The position numbers were made by a program, and so were the translations under genes. The notes under the pieces are model-generated. The model saw nothing but the letters and a program-made list of their open reading frames with translations. It did no database searches and had not been told where the DNA came from. From a virus, in IMG/VR virus record IMGVR_UViG_3300030109_005647, positions 32,001 through 96,000 of that record: DNA of 64,000 nucleotides. One strand, written 5' to 3'. Positions 59,601 through 64,000 of the stretch are shown here, one piece after another; the first letter of the stretch is position 1; each line of letters begins with the position of its first letter.

Positions 59601-60163
59601 TTTAAGTTACACTCGCGATCTTTTGAAAGATCGTAAAGATTTGCTTTTTCTCTATAGTGTGCTTCGCCGGTGTCAGGATCAATGTAAACGTTTGTGCCAA
59701 AGCCCGCATGTGGACCTCCGTTAAACGATACAAATTCATAGGTGCCTGAGCCGGCGGCTCCGTATGAACCCCAGGTGCTATAATCAGTAGATGTATCGGT
59801 CGCTGATAGACTAGCTGTTGAAAAAACAGCGTATCCGGTGCTTCTTGGGTACCCGTTTTCAAAAAGATATAAATCTAGACCAGAGGAGGAGAGTTCCCAA
59901 AGTATTTTTTCTTTTTTAGATCCATCATAAGGATACGTCTCATAAACTCTTGTAATGGAATCATAGTAATACTTTTCTGCAGAGCCAAATTTAGCAAAAT
60001 TTTCTGGTTTTGAATAATCAACTAAAGGAATAAATCTATCGCGATCTTCAATGAATACTTTTACATAATCAGGTGATTCCACCCCACTAGCAGTAAGAGA
60101 AGATAAGTTAGTGTTCGAAATATATTTGTATTTTTGTTCTTTAAATAAATCTTTTAAGGACAT
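50642..60163 (-). CDS. giant 3173-aa virion (baseplate) protein with LamG/concanavalin-like domains
   Basis: TVEFWLK, DDNWHHYSF, LSGSVDEFRFW, LYYKFNEG...DYSGR LamG signatures; KSKGTEKSFRNLIRCFG resembles wedge (gpI/gp7-type) motifs. Confidence 0.7.
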   Translation of the reverse strand: MSLKDLFKEQKYKYISNTNLSSLTASGVESPDYVKVFIEDRDRFIPLVDYSKPENFAKFGSAEKYYYDSITRVYETYPYDGSKKEKILWELSSSGLDLYLFENGYPRSTGYAVFSTASLSATDTSTDYSTWGSYGAAGSGTYEFVSFNGGPHAGFGTNVYIDPDTGEAHYREKANLYDLSKDRECNLKIGGNDGNTVEFWLKKAAFNPAATQTEVVFDIFTTSSISSSLDYGRMTIEMSGHGAATNTLSPFYVTYMSGTSGISKENIGSSLTTSSVADDNWHHYSFRFKNDGSNTAVDLFVDGGYNHTIKTGTTVDYVSGTIVGTIGALATHPSGTNDGSPQAGRGWGKLSGSVDEFRFWKNWRTSKQIQTRWFDQVGGGTNTDDANTHLGLYYKFNEGLTLTASTDAKVLDYSGRISNGSWTGYSSLYSRDTGSAINESGLASYSGVEFRDPIIYSSHPDVVSYLSDRRKEGKQYDYTNPSTIYYTLPGWILEEHDANNPDDEGIIANSLWNLTQIISSYFDSATNFAKSMPSLPQNDYVSGSQKPIPFMNRILQSKGFITPEIFNAIDSLEYFENRDNNIKYTEKFNDVKNIIYKNIYNNLTYINKSKGTEKSFRNLIRCFGIDDQVYKLNIYSNNVDYVLEDNFRTASGKFKLINFNTIPNADASVHQYSSSLNSNSVTFMSASKDFNARTSQEASLPFSVEANITFPNRVDQSNLNTFKHGFASYANQYPIMITASLFGQHTAEDSIPQHTTWNTNDYANFVVKSEKLNTYSDKARFVLTGTAGGFLPELVSSYYDDVYSDTNWSFLVSLYPEAYPNANQVSGTLSDSKASGVNILLSFAGQAQNDRFKINVPVAAGGTGNDITIRILEAATPSAGTANEIQVKGTSPIAANSTATRLVAAINGSSDTSIIQYGAGSGNATSGIKGITAAIGSTPDDITITANVAGPIGNSITLTDIEGTFVEDGATGASPATLSNGATENTGYVVQFSGISKVLDVTMNQFTLTGSITQQQAINFLASPKRLFVGSHKTNFTGSVLQQSDVKFNTIRAWQNKLTINDLSLHASNPNNYSIKNPEQNAYLFNTSINNVYVPNKETLLLHWNFDNVTGSDTAGSFIVDDFTSGSVEQINRYGFLSNLSNKQHTGIGHEFKASSTDVVLTDDIIIAKQNIPETMASENTVKVLQNDDIYFTRDSRPTFFDLYVEKSPYQNISEDMLNFMSTVVDFNNLIGQGVDRYRGEYKALKMLRQLFFQRTTTPDVDKYIEYFKWFDLAVSSMIQKLAPMSSGLDERPLRNVIESHILERNKYQSKFPTYEFKQSDPEASIFGINEMLYPWKEGHKPLSETEAENCLWAKERAERSALTSGDSIIDSDRQAILNVVNNLNDASAPSFKGSSGTYQGSTYALRRFARPYKINAIKEPEIHGGGNAYENKKVGFWDSLRKRPTAPGATEGALISIEPAESELESFKSCDDNLILNKGKRKYKFSVGVSQDNAESFSEVYKGDLVFPFSLYSSSVVANPAMTDLADFKPELAITNLHHDSYGPFGDVPMQGPFTEKYVGGRAYRHVMTNLVTDNEEPQREGERLEGWRLKVSSTALDLVNVAVENPKSVFFREEYAKRPVNIKNIQQITASSDGTGIDSDSSTNIGNYSKTYEIVMTNGRSLNNRYLAESDGDLATTVTDSLYVSGVVDFALPRRDLTGKNKAIIVNRFSAPGDPATMCEGMLDVAAAEYSVYNALPFRNLSVRLPLQELLSDHTNQFGLFSDARTIADYERASWGTYPGGSSSINDPGANLKYIGTGSFHKVNRNGRKQIKYSNEFTGDFGTVSTETVFDNFFVTHQIPQTDVQYAWITASLINDYTGSALYGFEQPDFSNASLASTDLTFITSSVVGSFVNSSGIRVFGLLELAAASSAEFIPVDFAGLNTNIVNPLTSSANQLGFPNVGEMDSTPPEADLRVYKGGLVDNFSVNVFAPPSRVLQGILSSRGGPVGGSNWKLYRKDNHPIVRTHRGENRLSYLKPQKATNSEGDPIVIDGAKGSITSVIEPPITSKYKQLRHKLSVKLGISSNPEDFTTKGITINHSYLNNLGYFTDHGADGIDLDSDILAERNKKSEQQTLDVINYYLYSAGDFAGVSELNPIDELLSYTVRETVFPKEQNTYLSKVRGRENFENLFWKGDASKDDSQELREEENAVNSIGFTIPKQSIFALDARLNVKSAAANLEGTDGAGELQNNCTVFMNSAGDHFVSPLYTLPVSSSTIGIVNDTAWDAGLQSGLNPSYTTYAEYANEIRTLGKDYSIIPEFRISEYMTDYINTGFDINARNPQINPTKPFLDLTGSSVLDATNPEFYKVYNTTDLLKFFEITEDATDDTVIDRVTMRCKSLIKFLPYDGFYPAQRTTQLANLFSASYLGPFEGNNLTSGSARAGLTPFYAPGIMYNSIKAGLAVDFPMPSNSVNDTRRSVAYVTSSTGTNPFYERTQPFTRIPFEAIIDPDGNIGGNVGSLTWYDLHINDARIANQASGFGTSYAGEKFEGLQSTSQYTFKVSDNQSTLLYTLAANNFFAESINFFLPQGRMTRLTSLPSNHPDFASNTKKLIQPGGESFKEYTMQVRISNSPNFKNENTTFFNYEQGSAYGVPVGTAVDFSAFAPVYKHATLDSKTGAGILTLTYRPLDPDDFTYFDLDEIMNNLTASFQGAQGSAFDQAATKYAQHFTSSFNIGKARILETDFDAITGQPKTVKKDINEIDVMIIEPKWECPMLNFKNVTQSTIASTGDTGRVGMWHQYGEIDEANGAFLSIADPSSVNDTSLTGSLADLLGFDKTNGKVPQRIGKVGSSKEISEAVVAIPFRVVGGNKVTFKISRDAVNQAELILQGNQPGDGTLPENPLADQSIVDMVDKMQRYVIPPHMDFITYKNNVPGKLGIEQIPGGPFAMYIFEFTRTLTQEDLANIWQNLPPVSIGASPFYHDSDEVTISHEVFNSLKLNLINGKKILGNEEQISKSREYTSDIQWMVFKAKKRAATNYFERTTNINDGGQFDFKFANQQQFPNITYNWPYDFFSMVELVKLDAEITMTPQDGSVKVPTQEIQEKFGAPSKSDADQNEYAPLPETPASALPGVGAGGTTDFIDPSGPGGFGSSTGAGVSTPDGGPSTTVDSATAVGQSLAQLGNLGGSDPFGQ

Positions 60164-60164
60164 A

Positions 60165-61997
60165 TTATTCTACTCTAAACCTAAACCTTTCTGGTTGCTC
60201 AACGTAACTTCCATTAATTAGATAAGAAAAGCTTAATTCATAGACAGTATCGCTATCAAATAAGTTCATTTCTAAGTCAAAGTAGCTACCACTCGCATCA
60301 TAAGATAACCGAGTGTGGTTTAGCGAACCGGTCCCAAAAGGAATAACTTCTAGATTATCGCTCACGCGGGTGAAGCGATAGTAAGTATTGTCAATTATAC
60401 TTGTTTCTATTTCGTTATTCGCTACTGTATAAATAGTTGGGGACCAATCTTTTTGACGAGTATAGAGTCTAAATCTTACCTTTTCACCTTGATTATAAAC
60501 TGCACGTAAGTTGGTGACTTTAGAGACATATCTTTGGTCAAAATTATAATTTTGACTGTTAAAGGTTTGTACAGTTACCGCTGAACCGGTGTGGTACTCA
60601 ATCCCGTCTTTATTCCAAACATCAAATATTTTTGTGATGCTTGAAGAGGCGTAAGCAAATGAACATGAGTAAATACCCGTTTCGACGTGAGAGCCTGTAA
60701 TGGTTAGAGTGTCTGGTGAGTTTACGCCGCCGCCGAAAGGTAAAGAAAGTTTATTTCCAGTAGGGGCGGTGCTGCCGCTATAAATATTAACGAAAATATT
60801 TCCTGTCCCTATCGCTGGGATATCTTTAAGCTGTCCTCTGACCACGTTGTATAGATATAGATTCATTAAATTATCAGAAGCTGGAACAAGAGAGGAACTT
60901 AAGAAAAAATCTCCACGATTATCTTTTTTGCTGTCATCCCATCGGGCTTCGATAATGGGTCGTTTGTGAAAAAACTGTGATCCACGCGCAAAGAACATTT
61001 TAGTATAATAAGATTGTTCTTCAGTTTCATTGGCGGCGGTAAGACGCACACCAAAGCCATGATTACTTAAATCACCAGAAACCCAATCCTCCACGAGATG
61101 GCTTACATCAACCTCTAAGTTTTCGAAACCAGAGTCAAAAGATTGTGTGAAAGTATATTCTGCACTGTCGATATAACTGCCACCTTCAACATTGGCGCCG
61201 CCAGTAAAGTTAGCCACTGTAACACCATTGACGCTATCTGTATTATCTTTATCACCTATTGTGCCAGCAGTTGTCTGAGTAACTGTAACTTTAGTGCTAT
61301 CTGTAACTACAGCAGTAAACCCAGCATTTGTGGTCGCAGTAATTGACGCGGCAATTGCCGTTGCTATGTTCGCATTGCTCGTGGCGCCGCCATAGCCTAA
61401 TTCTACAGTGCCCCCCGCAGTGCCTCCTGGTTGTGACCCAAAGGGAGTAGTATCTTTAAACTGATACGTTGTGGCAACGCCAGCCGCATCGACCAAAATA
61501 AATGTTTCATTATTTCCTATCGATCCGTGACCAGTGACCGTAATTAGAGCGGTTGATCTTCCTGAATTCTCTGCCCACGGAACGCCACTAGAAGCAGAAA
61601 GATAGTTAGATGCATCTTCATCTGTATAATTTTCCATGTCCAGACCAAGACCTTCATTCCAAGATTGAGATATCGGCTGTACTAATAAAGCGTAATCCTT
61701 CGGCGTAGTTTGTGTATGCTCCGCGTCATACATGGTTAAGAAGAAATTAACACTACCAGATGCTGGAATTATGCCACTTGTTCTATCTGTATTTATTGCA
61801 GTTGTGTCGAATTCAATAAGAACTCGCGCTAATTCTGAGGATAGACCAGTGCTTGAACTTACTTGGGCATATATGCTAAAAACTTCAAGGATATCAGATT
61901 GACCCATATTTCCGCTGACACCACGGGTATCAAGGTTTGATTTGAAAGCGTTTGTTATGGTGTTATCTTTTGTCGCGTAGTATCTTTTTATAGCCAT
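60165..61997 (-). CDS. virion structural protein
   Basis: 610 aa, beta-rich, in the baseplate cluster; coupled to the wedge gene. Confidence 0.65.
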   Translation of the reverse strand: MAIKRYYATKDNTITNAFKSNLDTRGVSGNMGQSDILEVFSIYAQVSSSTGLSSELARVLIEFDTTAINTDRTSGIIPASGSVNFFLTMYDAEHTQTTPKDYALLVQPISQSWNEGLGLDMENYTDEDASNYLSASSGVPWAENSGRSTALITVTGHGSIGNNETFILVDAAGVATTYQFKDTTPFGSQPGGTAGGTVELGYGGATSNANIATAIAASITATTNAGFTAVVTDSTKVTVTQTTAGTIGDKDNTDSVNGVTVANFTGGANVEGGSYIDSAEYTFTQSFDSGFENLEVDVSHLVEDWVSGDLSNHGFGVRLTAANETEEQSYYTKMFFARGSQFFHKRPIIEARWDDSKKDNRGDFFLSSSLVPASDNLMNLYLYNVVRGQLKDIPAIGTGNIFVNIYSGSTAPTGNKLSLPFGGGVNSPDTLTITGSHVETGIYSCSFAYASSSITKIFDVWNKDGIEYHTGSAVTVQTFNSQNYNFDQRYVSKVTNLRAVYNQGEKVRFRLYTRQKDWSPTIYTVANNEIETSIIDNTYYRFTRVSDNLEVIPFGTGSLNHTRLSYDASGSYFDLEMNLFDSDTVYELSFSYLINGSYVEQPERFRFRVE

Positions 61998-63793
61998 TAT
62001 TGAACAGTCCCTATGATGTCTGTGTTTGGAAATTTAATTTCAAAAACTGAATCGAATGGGCAAATTATTTTTCTACCATCTCTGCTTAAATTCCCGTCAA
62101 CAGAAAAGTTTGTATCTGAATATAAAGAGCCAGTTTTTGTTTCAACCTGTACGTCAATAACATCCAACACTAAAGGTGAATTTTTCAAGACAGAGAATAT
62201 ATCTGTTATAAAAAATGATTCTCCAATTTCATATTTGCCTCTACTATTAAAGAAATTAGCAATGCTATTTTTTGAAGAGTCTAAAGCGGCAAATTTATCT
62301 ACGTCTGGGTATGCTATTATTTTGTAATTTACTTGTAAGTTTATTATTTTAGCATCCAATATATCAATTGTATCGTTAATCATTTTAAACTTAGAAATGT
62401 AAGTTCTTAAATTATTTTTAATCGTAGCGCTGCTAACCTCTAAATTTCCTAAATTATTCTGGGAGACAACATACAAATTAATATTTCTCTGGTTAAATGA
62501 GTCTGAGTCTTGATAGACGCCCACTTTCTTAATAGTGCCGAATTTTGGAGGCATGTTGTATGCGGCTGTCATCATGTCTTCTTTTGTTACTATTCTATTC
62601 TGCATAGAATAACTTCCAAAGGCTCTTTCTTTTATTTCTTCTTGAGATGGGAAAGGATTATCACCTACGAAAGCCTCTTCGTTTATCACCTCTAAGCTAT
62701 CTCTTGTGGTAGTAACAGAGTTGGCATTGAGAACAGCCTCGCTCTCAAAAGAGAAAATAGGATCATATACAACGTTAACTGTATTTTGAGCAGTGTTTGT
62801 ATCTTCAGAAGAATTAATTCTATAGATTATTGTTAATACTGTGTTACTTGGGCTTACACCAAGAGAGTCTGTTTTTATTAAAGAAGCCGGGTCAAAAGAA
62901 TCATCTATTATGTGCGTTCTGCCGTGCGTGTTTATCAAAACCTTGCTCGGGTCCAAAACCTCTTCAACGTTTTCTTCTGATCCCGCACCAAATTGTAAAA
63001 AAACTGAATTTCTTTCTTTTATAACGGTATATCGGCGTGGAACAGAAATTGGTTTCATAATACTTGCAACAGTCTGACTGTCGGACCCATTATTGTCAAC
63101 TCCAACAAATACAGTGTTCTGGCTTAGGTAGTCGACTTCAAAATATGGATTTCCATCTGAATCGATTACAGAAACAATTTCTGTAATGTTTTCTCCCGGT
63201 ACCTCAACTTGTCTATAACGAATATACGAACCTAGTACTTGCTCTGTAACAGCTAGTTCTCCTGAGATGGCTTGTCCTCTTGCGCGAATGGCGTAAGATG
63301 TTGGGACGCCAGTGTTATTATCAACCTCACCAACAACAACCTCATTTTGTTCTGTATCTTTAAAATTGACATCTTCCAAAAGAGTAAATGTTTTTCCACC
63401 ATTAGTTTTAAATTTGCTATTAGATTTTAATATTGGCGCATAATCATAATCTGGAGCACCAGTGAGATTAGCAGGAACTAAAATAAAAAATGTTAAAGTG
63501 CCGTATGAAGCGGGGGATAAATCTGCTTTATATCCCATCTGTCTAGATATTTTTAATATATTGTCGTACTCTGTTGCGGTTGTTAAAAAGCTTTCGTTTA
63601 CTTGATAATCCAAATAAAAAGAAAGAATATCGCCAACATAAGAAACAGTATCCAACATCAAAGATCCAAAAGAGTTAACAGAAAAGTCTCTAAATGTCTC
63701 TGGGTAGTATCTTCTGGCATAGTTTACCAAATCGTTCTTTATAGTGGTAAAGTCTCTACTTGTGTAGTCTATAGATGGTTTTTTTGGTGGCAT
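61997..63793 (-). CDS. baseplate wedge protein (gp6/gpJ-like)
   Basis: IDYTSRDFTTIKNDL, SYVGDILSFYLDYQVNESFL.TA, QNRIVTKED, PPKFGTI. Confidence 0.85.
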   Translation of the reverse strand: MPPKKPSIDYTSRDFTTIKNDLVNYARRYYPETFRDFSVNSFGSLMLDTVSYVGDILSFYLDYQVNESFLTTATEYDNILKISRQMGYKADLSPASYGTLTFFILVPANLTGAPDYDYAPILKSNSKFKTNGGKTFTLLEDVNFKDTEQNEVVVGEVDNNTGVPTSYAIRARGQAISGELAVTEQVLGSYIRYRQVEVPGENITEIVSVIDSDGNPYFEVDYLSQNTVFVGVDNNGSDSQTVASIMKPISVPRRYTVIKERNSVFLQFGAGSEENVEEVLDPSKVLINTHGRTHIIDDSFDPASLIKTDSLGVSPSNTVLTIIYRINSSEDTNTAQNTVNVVYDPIFSFESEAVLNANSVTTTRDSLEVINEEAFVGDNPFPSQEEIKERAFGSYSMQNRIVTKEDMMTAAYNMPPKFGTIKKVGVYQDSDSFNQRNINLYVVSQNNLGNLEVSSATIKNNLRTYISKFKMINDTIDILDAKIINLQVNYKIIAYPDVDKFAALDSSKNSIANFFNSRGKYEIGESFFITDIFSVLKNSPLVLDVIDVQVETKTGSLYSDTNFSVDGNLSRDGRKIICPFDSVFEIKFPNTDIIGTVQ

Positions 63794-63810
63794 AATCTAA
63801 ATTAATCCTT

Positions 63811-63999
63811 TTAATTCTGTATAGTTTCGACTAGTGTTACCGAATCTGTATTTTTCGTGCCTTTTATAAGATATTCAAATCTCACAGACAATAGATTTCT
63901 TTGTCCTGTTGTTGATATTTCGCGGTTAGAACCTCTATTAACCTGTAGATCAATTATTTGTATTTCTGGTAAATAGGTTGCAACTTGACTTCTTATTCT
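63811..63999 (-). CDS. 3' part of baseplate wedge protein (gp25-like), truncated by the window edge
   Basis: RIRSQVATYLPEIQIIDLQV...LSVRFEY...TIQN-stop, immediately upstream of the gp6-like gene. Confidence 0.65.
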   Translation of the reverse strand, partial: RIRSQVATYLPEIQIIDLQVNRGSNREISTTGQRNLLSVRFEYLIKGTKNTDSVTLVETIQN

Positions 64000-64000
64000 T

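Noticed and set aside
1544-63805. All plus-strand ORFs and short nested minus-strand ORFs in the ORF track
   Set aside because: They are antisense or alternate-frame shadows of long, motif-bearing minus-strand genes; they lack SDs and recognisable motifs.
1-64000. Stop-codon reassignment, as seen in some jumbo phages
   Set aside because: Core genes are full length in code 11, and TAA, TAG and TGA all end genes at tightly packed junctions.
1-64000. Prophage or bacterial contractile-injection-system locus
   Set aside because: Capsid, portal, terminase and primase are present, with no integrase or host housekeeping context; this fits a lytic large-phage genome.

Overview
The whole window is a gene-dense, AT-rich segment of a large (jumbo-type) T4-superfamily-like myophage genome. 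Every credible gene is on the minus strand, uses genetic code 11 and is often translationally coupled (TAATG/ATGA overlaps). In transcription order (right to left) it encodes: baseplate wedge genes (gp25-like partial, gp6-like); very large baseplate/tail proteins up to 3173 aa; an embedded DNA-processing block (RuvC-like resolvase, YkuK-like RNase H fold, primase, fused SbcD-SbcC); a beta-helix protein; a putative lysis triplet; two fibre proteins with S74 chaperones; terminase, portal and prohead protease; a ribosomal protein bS21 homolog; scaffold, major capsid, neck, sheath, two tubes, tail chaperone, tape measure and hub genes. Signals not explained by the gene list: (1) a recurrent intergenic motif (A)CTAHTTA in front of late genes, which is a T4-late-promoter-like word in reverse orientation; (2) a tandem twin-hairpin leader with matching 11-nt loops in front of a highly codon-biased fibre gene; (3) a pervasive [S/T]-[G/A/S]-[S/T] peptide motif concentrated in virion proteins, a candidate modification sequon; (4) an unannotated Cys-Cys peptide plus hairpin upstream of the prohead protease; (5) a candidate +1/-2 frameshift in the tail chaperone; (6) bS21 alongside strong Shine-Dalgarno sites. 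All family assignments come from by-eye motif recognition and synteny; no database search was run.
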